Positions 43,627 to 53,100 of a DNA stretch of 58,283 nt are shown piece by piece. Numbering within the stretch: position 1 is the stretch's first letter; every line of letters starts with the position of its first letter. Where the stretch lies: IMG/VR virus record IMGVR_UViG_3300045988_158607, one strand, 5' to 3'. The notes beneath the pieces were generated by a model. The model was not told where the DNA came from, searched no databases, and saw nothing but the letters and a program-made list of their open reading frames with translations. The position numbers were made by a program, and so were the translations under genes. Source of the stretch: a virus.

Positions 43627-43979
43627 TGTCTCAGCCTGAATTAGTATGGAAGCCCGAAGAATTTGTTAGGAATTGTGAGCAATATCGAAATAAATTTCAG
43701 GTCGCTGTCATAACGGTATGCGAAGTCGCTGCTACTAAAATGGAAGAATACGCAAAAGCAAATGCTATTTGGACAGACCGTACAGGGAACGCAAGGCAGA
43801 AGCTCAAGGGCGAAGCTGCTTGGGTAAGCGCAGACCAGATTATGATAGCAGTATCGCATCACATGGACTACGGATTCTGGCTAGAATTAGCTCATGGTCG
43901 AAAGTACAAAATTCTTGAAAAGGCTGTAGAAGACAATGTCGAAGAACTTTACAGGGCTTTGAGGCGACTTTTGAACTAG
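43626..43979 (+). CDS. HK97 gp10-like tail-component protein
   Basis: WTDRTGNARQ.L motif is typical of the HK97 gp10 family. Confidence 0.55.
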   Translation: MSQPELVWKPEEFVRNCEQYRNKFQVAVITVCEVAATKMEEYAKANAIWTDRTGNARQKLKGEAAWVSADQIMIAVSHHMDYGFWLELAHGRKYKILEKAVEDNVEELYRALRRLLN

Positions 43980-43982
43980 GAG

Positions 43983-44366
43983 ATGAACATGACTAAACGG
44001 ACGACAATGATGGACAGGTTGACTGAAATTCTTCCAACATTTCAACTTTCACCATCTCCAATGCTTCCCGGAATTGAATTTGACGAACAGCATGAGGACA
44101 GACCTGATGACTATATAGTTCTCAGGTATAGTCATCGAATGCCTAGTGCGACAAATAGCTTGGGAAGTTTTGCATATTGGAAAGTTCAAATATATGTCCA
44201 TTCAAACTCAATTATAGGAATCGATGAATATGGCAGAACTGTTCGAAATCTCATCAAAGACATGGGCTACGAAGTAACCTATGCAGAGACAGGTGACTAT
44301 TTCGACACAATGCTTTCTAGATACCGACTCGAAATAGAATACAGAATTCCACAAGGAGGAAACTAA
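43983..44366 (+). CDS. Tail terminator / tail completion protein
   Basis: Lies immediately upstream of the major tail protein gene. Confidence 0.45.
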   Translation: MNMTKRTTMMDRLTEILPTFQLSPSPMLPGIEFDEQHEDRPDDYIVLRYSHRMPSATNSLGSFAYWKVQIYVHSNSIIGIDEYGRTVRNLIKDMGYEVTYAETGDYFDTMLSRYRLEIEYRIPQGGN

Positions 44367-44368
44367 TA

Positions 44369-45154
44369 ATGAGTAAAGACATTCTTTACGGAATTAAGCT
44401 CGTGCAAATCGAAGAGCTCGACCCTTTGACTCAGTTGCCAAAGGTTGGGGGAGCGAACTTCGTTGTAGATACAGCAGAAACAGCTGAACTCGAGCCCGTC
44501 GTATCTGAGGGGACAGAGGACGTGAAACGAAATGACGTTCGAATCCTTGCAATTGTTCGAACTCCGGACTTGCTTTATGGATACGACTTGACATTTAAGG
44601 ACAACACGTTCGACCCTGAAATTATGGCACTAACTGAAGGCGGAACAGTTCGTCGCGCAAATGGTGAAACAATTTCAGGATATGACGCACCAATGCTTGC
44701 ACAAGGCGCACAGAATATGAAACCATTTAGAATGCATATCTATGTGCCTAACTATGTAGGAGACTCAATTGTCAACTACGTGAAAATCACTTTGAACAAC
44801 TGTACGGGAAGCGCTCCAGGTCTTTCAATCGGGAAAGAATTCTACGCACCTGAATTCAAAATCAAGGCACGTGAAGCAACCAAAGCAGGTCTTCCTATAA
44901 AATCAATGGATTATGTGGGTCAACTTCCTGCAGTTCTTCGCCGTGTCACATTCGATTTGAATGGTGGAAATGGCACTGCTGCTCCTGTTCGAATTGAAGC
45001 AGGCAAGAAAATTACTCCAAAACCAGCAGACCCAACCCGAACTGACGGCAAGGTCTTTAAAGGCTGGAAAGTAGAAGGCGAATCTACTATTTGGAACTTC
45101 GATACGAGCTTAATGCCTGACCGCGATATCAAGCTCGTCGCACAATACGCATAG
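44369..45154 (+). CDS. Major tail protein with a C-terminal Listeria-Bacteroides (Flg_new / InlB B-repeat) domain
   Basis: Position, plus VTFDLNGGNGTAAPVRIEAGKKITPKPADPTRTDGKVFKGWKVEGESTIWNFDT.....DIKLVAQY. Confidence 0.7.
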   Translation: MSKDILYGIKLVQIEELDPLTQLPKVGGANFVVDTAETAELEPVVSEGTEDVKRNDVRILAIVRTPDLLYGYDLTFKDNTFDPEIMALTEGGTVRRANGETISGYDAPMLAQGAQNMKPFRMHIYVPNYVGDSIVNYVKITLNNCTGSAPGLSIGKEFYAPEFKIKAREATKAGLPIKSMDYVGQLPAVLRRVTFDLNGGNGTAAPVRIEAGKKITPKPADPTRTDGKVFKGWKVEGESTIWNFDTSLMPDRDIKLVAQYA

Positions 45155-45177
45155 AAATTTAGAAAGAAGGGTCTGTT

Positions 45178-45633
45178 ATGACAAATATTATTACAGCTGA
45201 ACAATTCAAACAACGCGCATTTCAAGTTATTGCACTTCCAGGATTTGCAAAGGGTGACGAACCAATTCACGTCAAAATTCGAGCTGCAGGGGTCATGAAC
45301 CTAGTTGCTAACGGAAAAATCCCTAATACACTTTTAGGGAAGGTGACTGAACTGTTTGGAGAAACTTCAACTGTCACCAAAGACAACGTCAGTCTCGAAT
45401 CAATTACTGACCAGCAAAAGAAAGAAGCACTTGAAAAGTTGAATAAAACTGAAACAGGTCTTCAAGACATGGCTCAACTTCTTCGAGTATTCGCAGAGGC
45501 TACAATGGTTGAGCCTACCTACGCTGAAGTCGGCGAATATATGACAGATGAGCAACTTATGACAATCTTCAGTGCAATGTACGGAGAAGTGACACAAGCT
45601 GAAACCTTTCGTCCAGACGAGGGAAATGTCTAA
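45178..45633 (+). CDS. Tail assembly chaperone (gpG-like)
   Basis: Position between the major tail and tape measure genes. Acidic 151 aa. Confidence 0.65.
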   Translation: MTNIITAEQFKQRAFQVIALPGFAKGDEPIHVKIRAAGVMNLVANGKIPNTLLGKVTELFGETSTVTKDNVSLESITDQQKKEALEKLNKTETGLQDMAQLLRVFAEATMVEPTYAEVGEYMTDEQLMTIFSAMYGEVTQAETFRPDEGNV

Positions 45634-45820
45634 CGTCATAGCAGTCGCTACTGAATTTCATATTAGACCTAGCGAAGTAGTCGGGATGCAGACTGATATA
45701 GGCAAATACTGCTTTGATGCAGCTGCAGTTGCTTATATTAGATATTTGCAAGAAGACAAGACTCCTAGGTATCCCGGAGATGAAAAACGAAATCCGGGAT
45801 TGCAAATGCTTATGGAGTGA
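45626..45820 (+). CDS. gpT-like ORF, possibly expressed as a frameshift extension of the chaperone
   Basis: Overlaps the chaperone stop and lies in the +1 frame relative to it. That frame is open from 45593. The RBS for independent initiation is poor. Confidence 0.45.
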   Translation: MSNVIAVATEFHIRPSEVVGMQTDIGKYCFDAAAVAYIRYLQEDKTPRYPGDEKRNPGLQMLME

Positions 45821-45864
45821 CTATTATTGGTCGCTCCTATTTTTGTATATAGAAAGGAAATTAT

Positions 45865-48800
45865 ATGGATTTTGGGTCAATTGCAGCAAAAATGACTTTG
45901 GATATTTCGAATTTCACTAGTCAATTAAATCTTGCTCAAAATCAGGCACAGCGACTAGCAGTAGAGTCTTCGAGGTCCTTTCAAATTGGTTCTGCCCTAA
46001 CAGGTCTGGGAAAAGGAATTTCAACTGCTGTCACTCTTCCCCTTTTGGGGTTTGCAGCAGCATCTGTTAAAATAGGAAATGAATTTCAGGCTCAAATGTC
46101 ACGTGTTCAGGCTATTGCAGGGGCGACAGGCGAAGAGCTTGGCAGAATGAAAACTCAGGCAATCGACCTCGGTGCTAAAACTGCCTTCAGTGCAAAAGAG
46201 GCTGCACAAGGGATGGAGAACTTGGCTTCAGCCGGATTTCAAGTAAATGAAATTATGGACGCAATGCCCGGAGTTTTAGACCTTGCAGCAGTTTCAGGAG
46301 GGGACGTAGCAGCCAGCTCCGAGGCTATGGCAAGTTCCTTGAGGGCGTTTGGATTAGAAGCCGGACAAGCAGGTCACGTCGCTGACGTATTTGCACGAGC
46401 GGCAGCTGATACGAACGCAGAAACTAGCGACATGGCAGAGGCAATGAAGTACGTCGCTCCAGTTGCGCACTCAATGGGCTTGAGCCTTGAGGAAACGGCT
46501 GCCTCCATTGGGATAATGGCTGATGCAGGTATTAAGGGGTCTCAAGCCGGAACAACGCTTAGAGGCGCATTGTCGCGTATTGCTAAGCCTACAAAAGCAA
46601 TGGTCAAGTCAATGAATGAGCTAGGAGTTTCATTCTATGACGCTAATGGGAACATGGTTCCACTTAGAGAGCAAATTGCACAGCTAAAGACGGCGACAGC
46701 AGGTCTTACACAAGAAGAACGAAATCGTCACCTTGTCACCCTATATGGTCAAAACTCGCTCTCAGGTATGCTTGCACTATTAGATGCAGGTCCTGATAAA
46801 TTAGATAAGATGACCGACGCTCTCAAAAACTCAGATGGAGCCGCAAGGGAAATGGCAGAGACTATGCAAGACAACCTTGCAAGTAAAATTGAACAAATGG
46901 GAGGAGCTTTCGAATCAGTTGCCATTATTGTTCAACAAATTCTCGAACCCGCCCTTGCTAAAATAGTTGGCGCGATTACTCGAGTTCTCGAAGCCTTTGT
47001 AAATATGTCGCCTATCGGGCAAAAGATGGTCGTCATATTTGCAGGCATGGTTGCAGCCCTTGGACCCTTGCTTCTAATTGCAGGGATGGTGATGACAACC
47101 ATTGTCAAGTTGAGAATCGCTATTCAGTTTTTAGGTCCGGCATTTATGGGGACGATGGGAACGATTGCAGGAGTTATAGCAATATTCTATGCTCTGGTCG
47201 CCGTGTTCATGATAGCCTACACAAAATCTGAGAGATTTAGAAACTTCATTAACGGTCTCGCGCCTGCCATTAAGAAAGGACTTGGAATCGCAGTTGAATG
47301 GACAGCTGAGAAACTGAAAGTTCTTTGGGAATGGCTACAGAAGGCAGGCGAGAAAGTAAAAGAGTTCGGTCAGGCTGTCGGTTCTAAAGTGTCCAGATTA
47401 CTCGAACAATTTGGAGTAAGTATTGGTCAAGCCGGAGGCTCGATTGGTCAATTTATTGGAAATGTTCTCGAAAGGCTAGGAGGCGCATTTGGAAAACTTG
47501 GAGGAGTGCTTTCAATAGCTGCCTCACTTGTAACCAAATTCGGTCTTGCATTTTTAGGAATTACAGGACCACTCGGGATTGCTATTAGTCTGCTAGTTTC
47601 ATTCTTGACGGCATGGGCTAGAACAGGTCAATTCAACGCTGACGGAATCACTCAAGTTTTCGAAAACTTGACACAGACGATTCAATCAACAGCTGACTTC
47701 ATATCACAATACCTTCCAGTCTTTGTCGAAAAAGGAACTCAAATTCTGGTCAAGATTATTGAAGGAATTGCAGCTGCTGTTCCTCAAGTAGTTGGAGTGA
47801 TTTCTCAAGTCATTGAAAAGGTCGTTATGACAATTTCGACGGCCATGCCCCAATTAGTTGAAGCGGGAATTAAGATACTTGAAGCACTTATTCAAGGTCT
47901 CACTCAATCACTTCCTGCTATTATAGAGGCAGCTGTTCAAATCATCACTGCGCTATTTAATGGGCTTGTGCAAGCACTTCCTACGCTCATTCAAGCAGGT
48001 CTTCAAATTTTGTCATCTCTTATAAATGGACTAGTTCAGGCGCTTCCAGCAATTATTCAAGCAGCTGTTCAAATTATCATGTCACTTGTTCAGGCGCTGA
48101 TTGAAAACTTACCTATGATAATCGAAGCAGCCATGCAGATTATAATGGGTCTTGTCAACGCACTGATTGAGAATATAGGACCTATAATAGAAGCAGGGAT
48201 TCAAATCCTTATGGCTCTAATTCAAGGTCTCATTCAAGTTATTCCTGAACTCATTACAGCAGCGATTCAAATTATCACTTCGCTATTAGAAGCAATCTTG
48301 TCGAACTTGCCTCAACTATTAGAAGCCGGAGTTAAGTTGCTCTTGTCACTTCTTCAAGGGTTGCTAAATATGCTCCCTCAACTAATTGCAGGCGCTTTGA
48401 AAATTATGATGGCTCTCCTTAAAGCAGTTATCGACTTCGTTCCTAAACTGTTGCAAGCAGGGGTTCAACTTCTTCAAGCATTGATTCAAGGTATTGCCTC
48501 ACTTCTTGGCTCGCTTCTTTCAACAGCTGGAAACATGCTTTCATCATTAGTGAGCAAGATTGCTAGCTTTGTGGGACAGATGGTTTCAGGAGGTGCGAAC
48601 CTGATTCGAAACTTCATTAGTGGTATCGGGTCAATGGTTGGTTCAGTTGTTTCTAAAATTGGTAGCATGGGAAGCTCAATGATTTCTCGAGTAACCGGAT
48701 TTGCTGGGCAAATGGTAAGCGCAGGGGTCAACCTTGTTAGAGGTTTCATTAACGGTATCGGCTCAATGGTCAGCTCAGCTGTCGACGCTGCTGCTAATAT

Positions 48801-49314
48801 GGCAAGAAGTGCATTAAATGCTGTCAAGGGCTTCCTCGGTATTCATTCACCTTCAAGAGTGATGGAAAAGATGGGTATCTATACAGGGCAAGGATTTGTC
48901 AATGGTATTGGAAATATGATTCAAACAGCTCGTGACCGTGCTAAACACATGGCAGCGACTGTTACAGAAGCTCTTAGCAACGTTAAGATGAATATTCAGG
49001 AAAATGGAGTTGTTCAAAAGGTCAAAGACGTATTTGAGAAAATTGTCGACGAAATGCCTGATGAACTTCCAAAACCTGGATTTGGCAAGGTATTAGACGC
49101 TATACGAACTCCTGATGTTGACCTATACGGTAGCAAGGACAGAGAACCAGATAAACCTCAAAAAGGAGGTCCTTCAGGAGGCAAAGAGCATACGACAATC
49201 ACTATTGGAACAATCGTAGTTCGAAACAATGACGATGTTGACAAACTTTCGAGAGGACTATACAATAGAAGTAAAGAAACTCTTGACGGTTTCGGGAATA
49301 TTGTGACACCATAA
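45865..49314 (+). CDS. Tape measure protein
   Basis: 1149 aa with TM segments. Ten 22-aa repeats (nt 47845-48504) and the C-terminal GIHSPSRVM motif. Confidence 0.9.
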   Translation: MDFGSIAAKMTLDISNFTSQLNLAQNQAQRLAVESSRSFQIGSALTGLGKGISTAVTLPLLGFAAASVKIGNEFQAQMSRVQAIAGATGEELGRMKTQAIDLGAKTAFSAKEAAQGMENLASAGFQVNEIMDAMPGVLDLAAVSGGDVAASSEAMASSLRAFGLEAGQAGHVADVFARAAADTNAETSDMAEAMKYVAPVAHSMGLSLEETAASIGIMADAGIKGSQAGTTLRGALSRIAKPTKAMVKSMNELGVSFYDANGNMVPLREQIAQLKTATAGLTQEERNRHLVTLYGQNSLSGMLALLDAGPDKLDKMTDALKNSDGAAREMAETMQDNLASKIEQMGGAFESVAIIVQQILEPALAKIVGAITRVLEAFVNMSPIGQKMVVIFAGMVAALGPLLLIAGMVMTTIVKLRIAIQFLGPAFMGTMGTIAGVIAIFYALVAVFMIAYTKSERFRNFINGLAPAIKKGLGIAVEWTAEKLKVLWEWLQKAGEKVKEFGQAVGSKVSRLLEQFGVSIGQAGGSIGQFIGNVLERLGGAFGKLGGVLSIAASLVTKFGLAFLGITGPLGIAISLLVSFLTAWARTGQFNADGITQVFENLTQTIQSTADFISQYLPVFVEKGTQILVKIIEGIAAAVPQVVGVISQVIEKVVMTISTAMPQLVEAGIKILEALIQGLTQSLPAIIEAAVQIITALFNGLVQALPTLIQAGLQILSSLINGLVQALPAIIQAAVQIIMSLVQALIENLPMIIEAAMQIIMGLVNALIENIGPIIEAGIQILMALIQGLIQVIPELITAAIQIITSLLEAILSNLPQLLEAGVKLLLSLLQGLLNMLPQLIAGALKIMMALLKAVIDFVPKLLQAGVQLLQALIQGIASLLGSLLSTAGNMLSSLVSKIASFVGQMVSGGANLIRNFISGIGSMVGSVVSKIGSMGSSMISRVTGFAGQMVSAGVNLVRGFINGIGSMVSSAVDAAANMARSALNAVKGFLGIHSPSRVMEKMGIYTGQGFVNGIGNMIQTARDRAKHMAATVTEALSNVKMNIQENGVVQKVKDVFEKIVDEMPDELPKPGFGKVLDAIRTPDVDLYGSKDREPDKPQKGGPSGGKEHTTITIGTIVVRNNDDVDKLSRGLYNRSKETLDGFGNIVTP
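47845..48504 (+). repeat. Ten tandem 66-bp (22-aa) repeats inside the tape measure gene
   Basis: Period LP.II.A..QII..L...L... read from the translation (MPQLVEAG... to ...LIQGIASL). Confidence 0.8.
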
Positions 49315-49324
49315 GGAGGAAGAC

Positions 49325-50164
49325 ATGGCTAGCAGACAGACGCTATTAGTTGACGGGATTGACCTCGCCGACAAAGGTGCAACCGTGCTAGAATATTCGG
49401 GTCTTACTTTTGCAGGATTTAAGGACTCAGGATTTAAAAACCCTGAAGGCATAGACGGAGTATTAGATTCTCCGTCTACTGCCATGTCCGGACTGACTGG
49501 GAGTTTGACGATAATGTTCAAAGGCGCAACTGAAAAACAAGTTAATGATAAATATAGGAAGTTTAAACAATTCATTCGGTCTAAGTCATTTTGGAGAATT
49601 TCAACAGTTGAAGACCCTGACTACTACCGAATGGGAAAATTTTTGGGCGAGACAGAGCATGGGAAATTGGTTGACGTTCAAGTGCTTAAAGATGCTTCAC
49701 TGGTCGTTAAAATTGGAATTCAATTCAAAGACGCATACGAGTACAGCAACTCAACTGTTCGAAAGCTCTACAATTTTCAATCGGCTCTTGGAGGCGACAG
49801 CTTGCCAAACCCTGGAAGACCGACAAGGCAATTTCGAGTAGAGTTGAGAACATCTACTCAAATTAAAGGATATTTTCGAATAGGTGAGAAAAGTTCAGGT
49901 CAATTTGTCGAATTTGGAACTAATTCAGTTTTGATGGAAAATGACTCAATCGTCATTTTGAATTTAGGAACTTTCGAGCTTATCAAAATTAGCAGTTCTA
50001 AACAGGCGACAAACCTATTTAGGTACATTAAAAGAGGAGCGTTCTTTAAGGTTCCAACCGGAGTTCCTACAATTACAATTCAATATAGACCTGACGACGC
50101 TGCAGCTTGGACATCAACACTTCCTGTTCAAGTTGAACTATTCCTCAATCCGTCTTACTATTAG
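49325..50164 (+). CDS. Distal tail protein (Dit)
   Basis: Position after the tape measure gene. 279 aa. Confidence 0.7.
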   Translation: MASRQTLLVDGIDLADKGATVLEYSGLTFAGFKDSGFKNPEGIDGVLDSPSTAMSGLTGSLTIMFKGATEKQVNDKYRKFKQFIRSKSFWRISTVEDPDYYRMGKFLGETEHGKLVDVQVLKDASLVVKIGIQFKDAYEYSNSTVRKLYNFQSALGGDSLPNPGRPTRQFRVELRTSTQIKGYFRIGEKSSGQFVEFGTNSVLMENDSIVILNLGTFELIKISSSKQATNLFRYIKRGAFFKVPTGVPTITIQYRPDDAAAWTSTLPVQVELFLNPSYY

Positions 50165-50176
50165 AAAGGTGAATAT

Positions 50177-53100
50177 ATGATTGATAATAATTTGGCAATG
50201 AGCCCAATTCCGGGAGAAATTGTTCAAGTTTATGACCAGAACTTCAACCTTATTGGGGCGAGCGATGAAATTTTTAGCAAGATGTACGAAGATGAAATTG
50301 TGACTCGAGCTAGAGGGAAAGAAACATTCACCTTCGAAAGTATTGAAACATCTTCAATTTACCAGCATTTGAAAGTTGAAAATCTTATTCAATATGGAGG
50401 AAGATGGTTTCGAATTAAATACGCTCAGGACGTTGAAGACGTCAAGGGTCTTACTAAGTTTACTTGCTACGCATTATGGTATGAGCTTGCAGAGGGAATG
50501 CCTAGAAAGTTGAAGCACGTCGCTTCTTCTGTGGGGGCTGTCGCGCTTGATATTATTAAGGACGCAGGTGAATGGGTTCGACTTGTATGTCCACCAGATG
50601 GCGCAAATAAACAAGTTCGAAGCATTACAGCTAAAGAGAACTCGATGCTTTGGCACCTTCGCTATCTTGCAAAGCAGTACAATTTAGAACTGACTTTTGG
50701 ATATGAAGAACTAATTCGACAAGAGGTTCGAATTGTTCAAACGGTAGTATTTCTTCAACCTTATGTAGAATCGAAAGTTGATTTCCCTCTTGTAGTTGAA
50801 GAGAATTTGAAATACGTGACCAGACAAGAAGACTCTCGAAACCTTTGTACTGCTTACAAGCTGACAGGGAAAAAAGAAGAAGGCAGTCAAGAGCCTTTGA
50901 CATTCGCTTCTATTAACAATGGAAGTGAATACCTGATTGATGTTTCATGGTTTACTGCACGTCATATGCGCCCTCGCTATATTGCTAAGTCTAAAAGTGA
51001 TGAGCGCTTTAAGATTAAGGAAAATTTGATGAGTGCAGCTCGTGCTTACCTTGATATTTACTGTCGACCGTTAATTGGCTACGAGGCTTCAGCTGTTCTC
51101 TATACTAAAGTTCCTGACTTGCATCATACTCAACTAATAGTTGACGACCATTATAGCGTGATTGAGTGGAGAAAAATTTCAGCTCGAAAAATTGACTATG
51201 ATGACCTTTCAAACTCGACTATCATTTTTCAAGACCCTCGAAGGGACTTGATGGACTTGCTAAATGAAGACGGTGACGGAGTTCTTGCAGGTGAAGTTGA
51301 AAATGAGTCTCAAGTCGTTATTAGATATGCAGATGATATTTTAGGTACTAATTTCAACGCGGAATCTGGTAAGTATATTGGAGTTATCAATACCAACAAG
51401 AAGCCGAGCGAATTAGTTCCCGATGACTTTACATGGGTGAAACTTGAAGGTCCTCAAGGTGCTCAAGGGGAACAGGGAAAACCAGGAAGGGACGGAGTTG
51501 ACGGAATTGCTGGGAAAAACGGTGTAGGAATAGCAGATACTGCTATCACCTACGCTGTATCAGTTTCAGGAACGCACGAGCCTGAGAACGGCTGGAGTGA
51601 GCAAGTTCCTGAACTTATCAAGGGTCGTTTCTTATGGACTAAGACATTTTGGCGATACACTGACGGAAGCCATGAAACAGGCTACTCAGTTGCCTATATA
51701 GGGCAAGATGGGAATACGGGAAAAGACGGAATTGCTGGTAAAGACGGAGTGGGAATTGCAGCGACTGAAGTTATGTATGCAAGCTCTCAATCTGCTACAG
51801 TTGCTCCAGCTGCCGGATGGTCTACTCAAGTTCCTCAAGTTCCTAATGGTCACTATTTATGGACTCGAACTAGATGGCGCTATACTGACCAGACCGATGA
51901 AATCGGTTACTCGGTTTCACGTATGGGAGAGCAAGGTCCAAAGGGTGACGCAGGTCGTGATGGGATTGCAGGAAAAGATGGCAAGGGATTAAAGTCGACA
52001 GCTATTTCTTATGGAATTAGTCCTAATGACTATGCTGCCCCAGGAGTATGGGCTTCACAAGCTCCTTCTTTAATTAAGGGGCAATATTTATGGACTCGAA
52101 CTATCTGGACATATACTGACCAGACGACTGAGGTTGGGTATCAAAAAACCTATATTCCAAGAGATGGAAATGACGGTAAGAATGGGATTGCAGGGAAAGA
52201 CGGAGTAGGAATTAAGTCAACGACTATCACCTATGCAGGTTCTACATCTGGAACAGTTGCACCGACTTCAAATTGGACTTCAAGCATCCCTAATATTCAG
52301 CCCGGATTTTTCTTATGGACTCGAACTGTTTGGACATACACTGACAACACTAGCGAAACCGGATATTCTGTTTCAAAAATAGGAGAGACAGGACCTAGAG
52401 GGGTTCAAGGTTTGCAAGGTCCTCAAGGTCTTCAAGGAATTCCTGGACCTGCTGGAGCTGACGGGCGCTCACAATATACGCACCTTGCGTTCTCTAATAG
52501 CCCAAACGGTGAAGGATTTAGTCACACTGACAGCGGACGAGCTTACGTCGGGCAGTATCAGGATTTTAATCCTACTCATTCAAAAGACCCTGCAGCCTAT
52601 ACATGGACGAAATGGAAGGGAAATGACGGAGCTCAAGGAATTCCCGGAAAATCGGGAGCTGATGGGCGGACATCTTATTTTCATATTGCGTATGCTTCGA
52701 GCGCTGACGGAGCAAGAGAGTTCAGCTTAGAAGACCAGAACCAGCAGTATATGGGATATTATAGCGATTTCGAACCTAATGACAGTCGAGACCGAACTAG
52801 ATATAGATGGTTTGACAGACTTGCAAATATTCAAGTTGGAGCCGAAAATAGGTATAGTTCGAGCTCATCTGTAACTGGTTACCTCTCTCAAGGAGGTCGC
52901 ATAGATAAACCTCAGGGAGATAATAATGAACGAACCTCTGATTTTATTGATATTGCAGGCATTCTTAATTTAATTCTGCAATTATGGGTGACTACCCCTG
53001 CTAATGGAATGCCTTGGCACGCATGGCAGTTCTATAACGCAGATAAACAAGTTCTAGGAAATCGAGTTACTGGAAATAACTCGTACACTACACAGGCTCG

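Noticed and set aside
45714-45920. Track ORF 45714-45920 as the -1 frame gpT candidate
   Set aside because: Its composition is not protein-like (LLILDICKK..., Cys/Trp/Tyr-rich), it overlaps the tape-measure start, and it is not contiguous with the chaperone end.
48486-48827. Antisense ORF 48486-48827 (-) within the tape measure gene
   Set aside because: It is a shadow of the repetitive, Ala/Gly/Ser-rich TMP coding sequence and has no start context.
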